Positions 1 to 10,800 of a DNA stretch of 64,000 bases are shown piece after piece. The notes under the pieces were generated by a model. The model had not been told where the DNA came from and ran no database searches. It was given only the letters and a program-made list of their open reading frames with translations. The position numbers and the translations under genes are program-made. Within the stretch, counting starts at the first letter, position 1; the number at the start of each line of letters is the position of its first letter. Source of the stretch: Candidatus Aminicenantes bacterium UBA647 (GTDB lineage: Bacteria > Acidobacteriota > Aminicenantia > UBA2199); contig DBOL01000029.1 in assembly GCA_002299555.1 (NCBI GenBank), forward strand, positions 5,387 to 69,386, read 5' to 3'.

Positions 1-1543
1 TCTATTCCCTCAAGATTAATAAGCACGTTGTAGTACGCTCCGGCAGCTGCAGCCATTGATGTTAAACCTGCCACTCCTGAATCGGAAAGCGAATTCGTAT
101 TACCTGAAGTCGCCACTTCAAGTGCCAGTTCCGCTGAGTCTTTTGCTCTTTCCAGTACTGAAAAGGGGATCAATGTTGCCTCTATCGTAGCATCAGTAAT
201 TGCTTTGTCCCTTAATGCTTTTTCATCATCATTTTTTTTGGGAAGAGAAAACGCATCCATAATTTTATTGAATGCAATTGTATCTCTATCGATCGCATCA
301 ATAAAGATCCTGTTAAGATGTTGACCGGACTCTGAAACTGCTATCATTTTTTCTTTGACATTCTTATATTTCAATTTACCCACTGTTAAATTTCCAACCA
401 TTGCACTTAGAGAAGACGAGAGAGCTCCGCAAAGTGCAGCAACACTTCCTCCACCGGGTGCAGGAGAATTTGAGGAAAGCTCTTCGATGAACTCATCAAT
501 CTTCATCGACACAAGCTTGCCGGGCTTTCTAAATCTGTATTCAATAATTCTTTCATCAATATTAAACTCGGAAATCTCATTTAAACCCAGGCTTTGTACA
601 GCAATTCTCAATATCTCTTTTTCAGATACTCCAGTCGAAGAACCCTGTTTCTTCAGATAGTGAATTCCTGCATCAAGGAGTGCCTTAATAGGAATAAGAC
701 CAACCATTTCACTTCCGGTCACCCTTGCTCCGAACTCACCGGCCAGCCGCTCAGACTCATCAAAGATCTTATAGAGAGGAGACTCGTTAAAATCAAGAAT
801 ATTGACTGTTACCTGTGCCATATTATATTCGTCAATATACCAACCCATTCCCTGAACACCTTTAAAAAGCCCGGGTATGGTTTCCCTTATTCCGGTTTCT
901 TTATTTTTAACAACTCTTCCTTTTTCCCGAATCCTTTTTGCAATCTTATTAGCAATTTTTGTCTCTTTCGTATTAAGATTTATGTTATATGCTATCAAAA
1001 ATCCCCTGGCTCCTACAACCGTAGCACCACTACGACTATTAAAAACCTGCTCCCCAAAATCCGGGATAAAATCTTTCCTCTTCAATTTTTCCTGAAGAGC
1101 TTCATATTCGCCTTCACGTATATCCGGCATTCTCTTTCTTTCCGGAGTTAAAGCCGAGTTAGCATAAAGAAATACTGGAATCCCGAGTTCTTCTCCAACT
1201 CTTTTCCCAACTTTTTTCGAAACCTCTATACAATCGTCCATGGAAACTCCGGAAACAGGGACAAAGGGGCAAACATCGGTTGCTCCCATTCTCGCATGAG
1301 CACCTTTGTGTTTTGCCATGTCTATAAGTTCAGAAGCTTTTTTAATTGCAAGAAATGCGGCCTCTGCCACACCTTCAGGACTTCCGGCAAATGTGACTAC
1401 CGTTCTGTTCGTATCTTTACCCGGATCAACATCCAGCAGAACAACCTCTTCAACACTCCGGATCTCATCAGTAATCTTATCGATTACACCCATATCTCTT
1501 CCTTCTGAAAAATTTGGTACGCATTCAATAATTTTTTCCATTT
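1..1543 (-). CDS. Formimidoyltransferase-cyclodeaminase, fused two-domain form; C-terminus cut by the window edge
   Basis: Reverse-strand ORF starts ATG at 1543 (MEKIIECVPNFSEGRD..., typical FTCD_N start) and runs open to position 1. Downstream part is Ala/Gly-rich (...SMAAAAGAYYNVL...) like the cyclodeaminase domain. It is absent from the ORF track only because it runs off the window. Confidence 0.7.
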
Positions 1544-1559
1544 TTACTCCTGATTATTA

Positions 1560-2210
1560 TTATTTTCTTGATTTTCTGTTTTTCTCTCTCCAATCATAAA
1601 TTCTCTTATGATCTCCTGAGAGCAGCACATCCGGAACACCTTCCCCATCAAAATCTCTGGGCATTGTATACTGAGGATATCCATACTGATTATCTTTATA
1701 AAATGAATCTGTTTCCACAGATTCTTTGTTTCCTACAACTCCGTCTATCATCCTGCCCACGCTTTCCATAAAAACTCCTGCCGCAAGCTCTCCACCCATT
1801 ATCACATAATCTCCAATCGATATCTCGATATCCACATGTTTTTCAATGAACCTCTGATCAACACCTTCATATCTTCCGCATATCAGAATATGGTGATCGT
1901 TTTTAGAAAATTCTTTAACACGCTTTTGGGTAAGTGGTTCGGCATAGGCAGAAAACAAAACAACCTGACCATCCCTTTTCTCTTTGATATGATCAACAAC
2001 ATTTCGGAGAGGTTCCGGAGTCATTACCATACCTGCACCACCTCCATATGGACGATCATCAGTTTTTCTGTGCTTGTTATCCGTGTAATCTCTCAGATCG
2101 TAAATATCAATATTAATGATCCCGTTATCAACGGCTTTCTTCAGCAGTCCTGATCCGGTGATACCGCTGATCATTTCCGGAAATATTGAGACCACTGAGA
2201 AGTACATCAT
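1560..2210 (-). CDS. trmD: tRNA (guanine37-N1)-methyltransferase
   Basis: 216 aa with the DDRPYGGGAGMVM and ICGRYEGVDQR motifs characteristic of TrmD. Operon context with rimM and rpsP. Confidence 0.9.
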   Translation of the reverse strand: MMYFSVVSIFPEMISGITGSGLLKKAVDNGIINIDIYDLRDYTDNKHRKTDDRPYGGGAGMVMTPEPLRNVVDHIKEKRDGQVVLFSAYAEPLTQKRVKEFSKNDHHILICGRYEGVDQRFIEKHVDIEISIGDYVIMGGELAAGVFMESVGRMIDGVVGNKESVETDSFYKDNQYGYPQYTMPRDFDGEGVPDVLLSGDHKRIYDWREKNRKSRK

Positions 2211-2698
2211 TTATTCAAATTTTTTAAACCGTCTGGCGGATCAATAAGTATTGTTTTTTCTGACGAATCGATTTTCAGTATGATTGAATCATTAAAGGGT
2301 ATTATTGTGTATTCCTTACCATCAAAGGTTTCGATAGTTTTATTAGGTCCTGAAAGATCAACTTTACAAACCTTTCCCCAGGTGAGCCCGGTTACATCAA
2401 GAACTAAATATTCTTCCAGTCTGTTGGAAGAAATATCTGATTTATATTCTCTGGAATAAATATCATATCCTACAAGTCCGAGTGCATCATTAATTGAATT
2501 TGAAATTTCAAATTTTGCTATTAATGAAGATCCTCGTTCAGAATATGATTCCATTTTAGATGTTTTTGTATGTTTTTTTGATTTTAACTCGAATTCTCCG
2601 GAAAAATCTATATTTGAAATGTCTATATCAGGAGAAATCCTGCAAATTACCTCTCCCTTATTTCCCCGACTTTTAGATATCTTACCTAATAAAACCAA
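2207..2698 (-). CDS. rimM: 16S rRNA processing protein RimM
   Basis: 163 aa, N-terminal GKISKSRGNKGEV resembles the RimM signature GxxGxxHGxxGEV. Sits between the KH-protein/rpsP genes and trmD; 4-nt overlap with trmD. Confidence 0.8.
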   Translation of the reverse strand: MVLLGKISKSRGNKGEVICRISPDIDISNIDFSGEFELKSKKHTKTSKMESYSERGSSLIAKFEISNSINDALGLVGYDIYSREYKSDISSNRLEEYLVLDVTGLTWGKVCKVDLSGPNKTIETFDGKEYTIIPFNDSIILKIDSSEKTILIDPPDGLKNLNK

Positions 2699-2701
2699 TA
2701 A

Positions 2702-2953
2702 CTATTTTTCTTCTCTATCGAAATTTTCAATAATTTCGAGATTAAATCTCCTTCTCTGTTTCATTCCTGCAGCTGCGAGGATGGTCCGGATAGCTCTTGC
2801 AGTTCTGCCCTGTTTTCCAATAACTTTTCCCAGGTCAGACTGGTCAACTCTTAATTCAAGTATGGTAGTCTGTTCTCCATCAATCTGTGTAACCTTTACT
2901 TCATCAGGGTTATCCACTAATGCCTTACAAACTGTCTCAACGAGTTGTTTCAT
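2702..2953 (-). CDS. KH-domain RNA-binding protein (UPF0109/YlqC-like)
   Basis: 83 aa with the [17 protein letters not shown] motif, in the conserved position between rpsP and rimM. Confidence 0.75.
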   Translation of the reverse strand: MKQLVETVCKALVDNPDEVKVTQIDGEQTTILELRVDQSDLGKVIGKQGRTARAIRTILAAAGMKQRRRFNLEIIENFDREEK

Positions 2954-2962
2954 TATCCCTCC

Positions 2963-3205
2963 TTAGTTCTCAGTATTGACTTTCTTTAACAAAGATTTAA
3001 CCGTAGCGGATGGCTTTGCTCCCAACTTAATCCATTTATTGTATTTTTCCATATCAATCTTCACTTCGGGAATTTCCGGAAGGGGATTGTAGATGCCAAT
3101 CCTTTCAATATACCGGGATTCCCTCGGTTTCCTTTTGTCAATTGCAACTACCCTATAGAACGGCCTGTGTTTTGTACCCATGCGTGTTAGTCTTATTACA
3201 ACCAT
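2963..3205 (-). CDS. rpsP: 30S ribosomal protein S16
   Basis: 80 aa, [28 protein letters not shown]... is a classic S16 N-terminus. Confidence 0.9.
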   Translation of the reverse strand: MVVIRLTRMGTKHRPFYRVVAIDKRKPRESRYIERIGIYNPLPEIPEVKIDMEKYNKWIKLGAKPSATVKSLLKKVNTEN

Positions 3206-3235
3206 TGTAAAACTCCCTGTTTAATAAGCGTTAAT

Positions 3236-4564
3236 CTACCCCATTTTAGATGAAAAGTCAAATTTTTGCAGCATTTTTCTAAAAAAGGGTTTTTTCATAA
3301 ATTTCTTCATCTCGAAGTATTGTTTTAACAATTGATTGACTTCCTGAACGGTTCTTCCGGACCCTTTTGCAATTCGATATCGCCTTTTTCCATTTATTAT
3401 TTTCGGCCTCTCCTTTTCAGCTCTGTTCATTGAATTAATTATTGCAATTGTGTGTATTATTTTTTTGTCATCAGCTTCAATATTCCGATTGGCGGGAATA
3501 CCCATGTTGGGCATCATTCCCATTATATCTGAAACAGACCCCAGTTTTTGAATTTGTTTCATTTGTGAGAGAAAATCATCAAGTGTAAATTCATTTCTCA
3601 TCATCCTTTCAGCCATCTTCTGGGATTCATTCTCATCAAACTCTTTTTCTGCTTTTTCTATAAGAGTAAGAACATCTCCCATTCCGAGGATCTTTGATGC
3701 AATTCTGTCAGGAAAGAATTGTTGGAAATCACTGTACTTTTCGCCTGTTCCGATAAATTTGATTGGTTTATTTGTAACCTTTACAATAGATAATGCAGCC
3801 CCTCCTCTTGTATCAGAATCTATCTTAGTGAGTAAAACCGAATCAATCCCGATCTCTTTTGAAAAACTAAGTGCTGAATTAACCGCATCCTGACCAGTCA
3901 TTGAATCTGCAACAAAAATTGTTTCAACCGGATTCAATATGGACTTAACGAGAACTAACTCTTTCATCAGTTCTTCATCAATATGGAGCCTTCCGGCTGT
4001 ATCTGCAATTACATAATCATATCCAAGCTCTTTTGATTTGGTCAGGAGATTTTTTGCAATTTTTTTAGGGTCTTTGTGTTCAGATTCAAAGAAATTTACT
4101 CCGATCTGATCGGCAATAGTTTTAAGTTGTTCTCCCGCAGCCATTCTTTTAAGGTCAAACGAACATAGAACAGATGATTTACCCTTTTCCTTAAGAAATA
4201 GTGCCAGTTTCCCTGCCGAAGTTGTTTTTCCTGTTCCCTGAAGCCCTACCAACATTATTACTGCCGGCTTTTCAGAGGTTTTATTCAGATCGCTGACTCC
4301 GGCGCCCAGCATATTTTCAAGTTCGGTCCGTACAATCTTAATTATCTGCTGGTATGGATTCAGGCTCTCTTGAACTTTGGCTCCCAGCGCTTCTTCCTTT
4401 ATCTTTCCTATGAACTCTTTAACTACTCTGAAATTTACATCTGCCTCGAGAAGTGATAATTTGATCTCTTTTAGTGCCTTTTCAATATTTTCCTCGGTGA
4501 TCTGTACTTCACCTTTTAAATATTTGAATACTTTATTGAACCTTCCACTCAGATTTTCTAGCAT
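3236..4564 (-). CDS. ffh: Signal recognition particle protein Ffh
   Basis: 442 aa with GTPase G-domain LVGLQGTGKTTSAGKLA and DTAGRLH, plus a Met-rich M-domain (MGMMPNMG). Confidence 0.95.
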   Translation of the reverse strand: MLENLSGRFNKVFKYLKGEVQITEENIEKALKEIKLSLLEADVNFRVVKEFIGKIKEEALGAKVQESLNPYQQIIKIVRTELENMLGAGVSDLNKTSEKPAVIMLVGLQGTGKTTSAGKLALFLKEKGKSSVLCSFDLKRMAAGEQLKTIADQIGVNFFESEHKDPKKIAKNLLTKSKELGYDYVIADTAGRLHIDEELMKELVLVKSILNPVETIFVADSMTGQDAVNSALSFSKEIGIDSVLLTKIDSDTRGGAALSIVKVTNKPIKFIGTGEKYSDFQQFFPDRIASKILGMGDVLTLIEKAEKEFDENESQKMAERMMRNEFTLDDFLSQMKQIQKLGSVSDIMGMMPNMGIPANRNIEADDKKIIHTIAIINSMNRAEKERPKIINGKRRYRIAKGSGRTVQEVNQLLKQYFEMKKFMKKPFFRKMLQKFDFSSKMG

Positions 4565-6042
4565 TATTCTCCTCTTTGTGGGTCTATTCTATAAGTTTTT
4601 CCACACTCCACCACTTCTACACTGTTAACACCGATGGAAAGAAGTTCCTCTTTTAAATTTAATAAGCTTTTATTCTCACCATGAACAAGAAATATTTTTT
4701 TTAGTCTTTTCAGGTCATAGCCGGACACCCACTCTTTGATCTCATTGTAATCTGCATGAGCAGAGAATGCATTTAGTTTTTCTACCTCTGCATTTACTTC
4801 ATATTTCTTTCCGAATATTTTTACACTCTTCTCTCCGTCCACCAGCTTCCGTCCAAGTGTATGGGCTGCCATAAAACCGACAATGGTGATAATCGTACTC
4901 TTGTCTTCAATATTGTTTTTAAGATGGTGAAGAATTCGACCATTCTCTGCCATTCCACTTGCAGAAATAATGATCATCGGTCCCTTTCTGGAATTAATCT
5001 CTTTTGATTCTCTAACAGATTGAACATAATTTATGTTATCAAATCCAAAAGGATTAATGTTGTTGGAAATAAAATCATCATAGGTCTCTTCATCAAAACA
5101 TTCTGAGTGGATCTTAAATATTGATGTTGCATTTACTGCCATGGGAGAATCAACATAAATCGGAATACTCGGGATCCGGTTCTCCAATTGCAGGAGATGA
5201 AGGATGTATATTATCTCCTGGGTCCTCTCTATTGTAAAAGCCGGAATTATGATCTTTCCGCCCCTTTTTACAGCCTTTTTCACGATTCTTTCAAGTCTTT
5301 CACCACCGGAACTCACAGATTCATGAAGCCTGTCACCATAGGTACCTTCAAGCACCAGATAGTCCAGATCATACATTGTCTCTGGATCTTTTAAGATCGG
5401 TAGATTCTTTCTCCCGAGATCTCCTGAATATCCGACCCTTAGTTCGTCTCCCAGAGTTAAACAGATCATGGACGAACCGAGAATGTGCCCTGCATCAAAA
5501 AATTCTGCTTTAAAACCATCCACAGGAATAAATTCTCTTCGGTGATTTATAGTAATAAAATGTTGAAGAGTTTTAATAACATCTGCTGAATCGTAGAGAG
5601 GTTCATAAACCTTCAGTTTCCGGTCAGGATATTTTTCTGCTTTTTCTCTCAGGTACTCACTATCTTTTTGTTGTATGTATGCGCTATCAAACAATATTAT
5701 ATTAGCAATATCTCTTGTGGCCGGTGTTGAGTAAATATTTCCGGAAAATCCATTGTTCACCATAACGGGAAGCGCACCGGAATGATCGAAATGCCCGTGA
5801 GTTAAAAGGATGCAATCTGAATTTGACGGGTCAAAGGAAAGATTGTGGTTCTTTTCATAAGATTCAGCCCTTCTCCCCTGAAACATTCCCGAATCGATCT
5901 GTATTGTTTTTCCATTGTATTCAATGAAATGTTTTGAACCAGTAACTTCATTGCATGCTCCATGCGAGTATAGGATAATATTTTTTTCTTTCATTACTTC
6001 TTTATACCCCCAATTCATACTAAATTCAATAATAATCCCCAT
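4564..6042 (-). CDS. MBL-fold metallo-hydrolase, beta-CASP family (putative RNA-metabolising nuclease)
   Basis: 492 aa with the HxHxDH metallo-beta-lactamase motif (LLTHGHFDHSGALP) and a C-terminal beta-CASP-like region with conserved H/D. Confidence 0.65.
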   Translation of the reverse strand: MGIIIEFSMNWGYKEVMKEKNIILYSHGACNEVTGSKHFIEYNGKTIQIDSGMFQGRRAESYEKNHNLSFDPSNSDCILLTHGHFDHSGALPVMVNNGFSGNIYSTPATRDIANIILFDSAYIQQKDSEYLREKAEKYPDRKLKVYEPLYDSADVIKTLQHFITINHRREFIPVDGFKAEFFDAGHILGSSMICLTLGDELRVGYSGDLGRKNLPILKDPETMYDLDYLVLEGTYGDRLHESVSSGGERLERIVKKAVKRGGKIIIPAFTIERTQEIIYILHLLQLENRIPSIPIYVDSPMAVNATSIFKIHSECFDEETYDDFISNNINPFGFDNINYVQSVRESKEINSRKGPMIIISASGMAENGRILHHLKNNIEDKSTIITIVGFMAAHTLGRKLVDGEKSVKIFGKKYEVNAEVEKLNAFSAHADYNEIKEWVSGYDLKRLKKIFLVHGENKSLLNLKEELLSIGVNSVEVVECGKTYRIDPQRGE

Positions 6043-6091
6043 TTTACATTAGGTTAGCAAAGGTGCTATAATCCCTGCCAGAGAGATCAAA

Positions 6092-7150
6092 ATGGAACTT
6101 TTATCAAAACGGGAAATTCTTAAGAGGCGCGGATTAACGTTCTTCATGGCCAGGCTGATTTCAAATTGGGGATATAAAAATCTTACGAAAGCTCACGTTG
6201 AGTTTGAAAAAGATCTTATTGCACTGAAGCAAAAGGGCTCCGTGTTCCTCTATAACGGATTTCACCGAAGTCTGTGGGAAACTACCGGAATGCTATCCGC
6301 ACTTAATTTGAGCAAACTGCATATTCCTGTAGTGGGAATGGGCGACAACCTGATAAAGGGAAAACTTTTTGTAACATTGGCAAAAAACACAAGTGTATTT
6401 CTGGTAAGAAGGGGAAAGACACGCCGGGAAATAGTTGAATCTGCAAAAGAACTCAGAAATAATATGTATAGTTTTATGGCATACGGAAGAGATGTTCTCC
6501 TTTTTCCCGAAGGTACCAGAACAAGTGTTCCCCGTACCGGAGAATATGGCGGGTTCTTCCCGACCTCTTTTGATGCCCTTCTTGAATATGAGAAGGACAA
6601 AGATTCCATTGACCCGAACATTAAAGGTGTCGATAAATTTGACTCATATATTATTCCATTCAATTGTGACTATTCTTTTATCCGTGAGGGTAAAGAGCTT
6701 GTTGGTGTCGGATCAGATACCCCAAGGACACTAAAAGTTTATGATTCTCTGAAAATGTTAAAAAACATAAAAGATGTGTATATATCTTTCGGCTCTCCTG
6801 TTAAGGTCTCTGAACATCTGGGAAAAACAAGAAAAGAGGTCTCGATAATGATAAGGGATATGTGCCTTAATCTGGTCAAGATCCTTCCGGTTAATGTAGT
6901 AGGGAAGGCTCTTGTGGAATCTCTGAATGAGAATCGTTCTGATATGGCAACTATCTACAACAAAATCGAATCCATTGTGAAAAGCCTTGATGGTCACAAG
7001 GAAAAGTTCAGGGGATTCCCGAGTGATAACAATCCCGAACTCATATTAAAAATTGTTTCCGGCTCAAATCCTGATTTTAGAACACATTCATCTAAAAAGC
7101 TTCCTCTGTATAAGTTGTATTCTGATTACATAGGACATTATTTTTCCTGA
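6092..7150 (+). CDS. PlsB/GPAT-family glycerolipid acyltransferase
   Basis: 352 aa carrying acyltransferase motif I (NGFHRSLWETTG, H-x4-E variant), motif II (VFLVRRG) and motif III (LLFPEGTRTSVPRTG). Confidence 0.55.
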   Translation: MELLSKREILKRRGLTFFMARLISNWGYKNLTKAHVEFEKDLIALKQKGSVFLYNGFHRSLWETTGMLSALNLSKLHIPVVGMGDNLIKGKLFVTLAKNTSVFLVRRGKTRREIVESAKELRNNMYSFMAYGRDVLLFPEGTRTSVPRTGEYGGFFPTSFDALLEYEKDKDSIDPNIKGVDKFDSYIIPFNCDYSFIREGKELVGVGSDTPRTLKVYDSLKMLKNIKDVYISFGSPVKVSEHLGKTRKEVSIMIRDMCLNLVKILPVNVVGKALVESLNENRSDMATIYNKIESIVKSLDGHKEKFRGFPSDNNPELILKIVSGSNPDFRTHSSKKLPLYKLYSDYIGHYFS

Positions 7151-7277
7151 TATTTCTATTATTTATGTTTCCATTATGGGTCAAAATTATCTTTATACAA
7201 AAAAAAATAGGACATTTCAATGAAAAAAGATCAATTTGATATGGAATTAAATTTGCATAGTTGATTCGGAGAACAAA

Positions 7278-7790
7278 ATGTTAAAGATTACCAAAATTAT
7301 AATTGTTATATTCCTGATAACAATATTCAGTCAAAGTTGTAAAGATCCATCACTGGACTTCGAGTGGTTCCTTTTAGAAGCGGAGGGAAACTATTCGACA
7401 GAGAATAATTCAAGCTATCTTAAGCTGAATTCATGGGTTGAGATCAATCAGTCATCAGTAAATATTAATCCATCCAGTTCTGTTGATGCAACATATTTTA
7501 TGTACGCGTCGGTTGTGAACTGGAGTTATCGTGTTTATTCCGGGGACCAGCTTGTTTTTGAAGTGACAAGATTCAGTATTGAACAACTTTTCGGAGATAT
7601 CCTGCTCAATGTTGCAACAGATCAGATGGACTACCTGTGGGTTGTGATAGAATCGGAAACCCCGCTTAAAGGCGATATCTTTAACGGATTAAACCCGGAT
7701 TCAGTTGAAATTGAAATGACAATTAGTGATGATAGTGGCGGAGGTTATTCAGTAATAAACACTATTCCTTTCACATTCAACAGAAATTGA
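7278..7790 (+). CDS. Hypothetical lipoprotein
   Basis: 170 aa with a signal peptide and lipobox (IFLITIFSQSC). No recognisable domain; sits immediately upstream of the sensor DGC. Confidence 0.4.
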   Translation: MLKITKIIIVIFLITIFSQSCKDPSLDFEWFLLEAEGNYSTENNSSYLKLNSWVEINQSSVNINPSSSVDATYFMYASVVNWSYRVYSGDQLVFEVTRFSIEQLFGDILLNVATDQMDYLWVVIESETPLKGDIFNGLNPDSVEIEMTISDDSGGGYSVINTIPFTFNRN

Positions 7791-7868
7791 AAGTAAAGCC
7801 TGAAGGACCGGGAGATACATAACAAAGGGTTATTGTTAAAAACTGTATAAATCGGATATAATGTTTAT

Positions 7869-10800
7869 GTGCGCATTTTTACTTATTTAATAAGTATTCT
7901 TATTTTCTGCTTCCACTTGACTGGATTGAATCTAAAAACACCCCTCCAGCAAAGTATGCATACGGTCTGGACTGCTAAAGACGGACTCCCATCAGACTCA
8001 ATAAACGATATCCTTCAAGACAGGGACGGATACATATGGATAGGGACATTTAACGGGCTTGTGAGATTTGATGGGATAAATTTCACTACTTTTTCAAAAT
8101 ATGAAGATCACGGATTCGAAAGCAATTCAGTCACTGCCCTTTTGGAGGGAGCGGAAGGAAACTTGTGGATCGGAACAAATGGTGAAGGAATTGCCCGTTA
8201 TTCTGATAATAAATTCATTATGTTCAACAACTCTGATCTTAAAGACAAGGTTATTAAATCCTTTTCAATAGATAAGTCCGGATCTTTGTGGATCGGAACA
8301 GGAAACGGATTGTTGAAGTCTGACAATAATGGGGTTACATCAATTCCTTTAAACGGGATGTTCAGGGAAAAGAGTATTGAGATGATCTATCATGATCGGG
8401 AAGGCCTTCTATGGGTTTCAACTATGGAAGGCGGAGTAAAAGTATTTTTTGAAGAAAAAATAAAAAAAACACCTGTTCTAAATAAAATTAACAATATTGT
8501 TATCACTTCAATCCTTAAAGATAAACACAAAAATACCTGGATCGGCACAAAAAATCAGGGACTCTTTTTAATGAAGAGGGGAGTTTTATCCAGCCTTGAA
8601 GATCACAAATTTTTTAGAGCAAAAACAATAACTTCTATTCTATCTGGAGTTCACGGCTGCATATGGATCGGCACAGATTCCGGATTATTCAGATACTATG
8701 ATGATAAATTTCATCAATATTCCGAAAAGAATGGATTAAGCAATAATCAGGTCTCCAAAATACTTGAGGATAAAGAAGGCAATATCTGGATCGCAACATC
8801 CAGAGGAGGACTAAACAAATTAAGTGAAGGAAAATTCACTTCTCTGACCTCAAAACAGGGATTAACTCATGACAAAGTAAATTCCATTCTTCAAGTAAAT
8901 GATAATACGTATTGGATAGGTACAGATGGTGGGCTTTCTGTCCTTAATAACGGAATTTTTGCCAACCTTAAAATTACAGACTACCTTAAGGGTGTAAGAA
9001 TCCGTCACATTAATAAAGATTCCACCGGAAAGATCTGGATCAGTACATATAGTGATCTGGGAATTGTTTCTGTTTTCAAAGGAAGAATAAAAAATTACAC
9101 CACAGAGAAAGGTCTTACAAGTAACAGGTGCAGGGTTTCAATTGAAGACAGTAAGGGGGAAATCTGGGTTGGAACTTCAAACGGCCTGAATTTAATAGAA
9201 AATAACTCTAAAATCAAAACATTTACAAAAAGGGATGGGCTCTCAGACAACTATATATTAAGCATTTTTGAAGATTCCAGAGAAAATTTGTGGATTATGA
9301 CAAACGGCGGGGGTATTTCAATACTCAAAGATGGAATATTCAAAATCCTTAGAGTTGAGGATGGACTTGCTTCAAATATTGTTTTCAGAGCCTATGAGGA
9401 TTCGGACAACGTAATCTGGATATCTACATCAAAAGGATTGTCAAGATATGACCGGAAAAATTTTTTCAACTTTTCAGAAAAAAACGGGCTCCCGGAGATT
9501 GCAATTTTTCAGGTATTAGAGGATAGCGAGGGGAGGCTCTGGATGATTGCAGAGTCTGGAATTTACACCATAAATAAACATGCCCTTAATCGAATTGTAA
9601 CCGGAAAGTCACAATTTACCAAAATAACTTTATATAACGATCATGACGGCCTGCTCGATTCGCCAACTCCTGTTTCGTGGGCGATAAGGTCCAGTAAAGG
9701 AGTTAATTGGTTCCCGACGTTGATGGGGATTGCTTCGATCGATACCTTTAATATCCCCATAAACAAAAAACCTCCCCCGCTCCTTATCGAGATGATAAAG
9801 GTAGACAATAAAAATTATTCACCTCTTCAGATCAAGGTATTGTCTCCAAATTACAAAAGAATCACTTTCGCATACACTGCACTCAGTTATGTGATCCCTC
9901 ATAAAGTTCAATATGTGTATAAACTTGAAGGGTTTGATGAGGGCTGGTCAAAGTTAACAACAAAGAGGGAAGTATCATATACAACATTGCCGTCCGGAGA
10001 ATATACTTTCAGGGTTAAAGCAGTAAATAATGATGGTATCTGGAATACGGATGACACAAAAGTGAAGTTCCGCCAAAAACCGTTCTTTTATAAGACCTTA
10101 TGGTTCAATGTTCTTATAATTCTGGCAATAATTGGAATACTTGCTCTTCTGTTAGGGTTTAGAATAAGAACTTTAAGAAAAAGGGCTGAAGAACTCGAAA
10201 AGCAGGTTGCCGAGAGAACTGCCGAACTTGAGACTACCGACCGTATCGTTGCGAATATCAATAAAGAGATAAATTTTGATAAATTACTCAATGTTCTATT
10301 GCAACAAACGATGATCATGTTCCCCCAGGCTGAAAAGGGTGTAATATTTGCTTACAACAGATTAAACAAAATGCTCGAGCCTAAAGTTACAATTGGAGAC
10401 AGCAAAAATGATATTTTCAGAATTAGTATAAGCTTCGATGAAGCATTTGATAAATATGTAAAGAACGGAAAGGAATATGAAAAAGGAATATTCATTATAG
10501 ATGAATTTTCTAAATTGCAGCATCCCGAAAATCTTCACGATATTGAGTTGCCGGAATCTGTAATAGCAATGACAATAATGTCCGGTGAGACCCTTGAAGG
10601 ATTTTTTGTTATTGGAAACATGAGCGTACCAGATGCATTTACAAGAACTGATGCAAAAAAAATGATGAGGATAAGAGAGCATACAATTTCCGCCGTATTT
10701 AAAGCAAAATCTCACCAGAAGCTGGAAGAAGCTGCAATAATAGATCCTCTGACCAGGATTCATAACAGAAGAAAAATGATCGAGGTTCTTGAAAACGAAC

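Noticed and set aside
355-1508. Plus-strand ORFs 355-660, 594-1151, 877-1095, 1296-1508 and 1306-1599 from the ORF track
   Set aside because: All lie antisense to the long, uninterrupted minus-strand formiminotransferase-cyclodeaminase reading frame. They are artefacts of that frame's codon bias.
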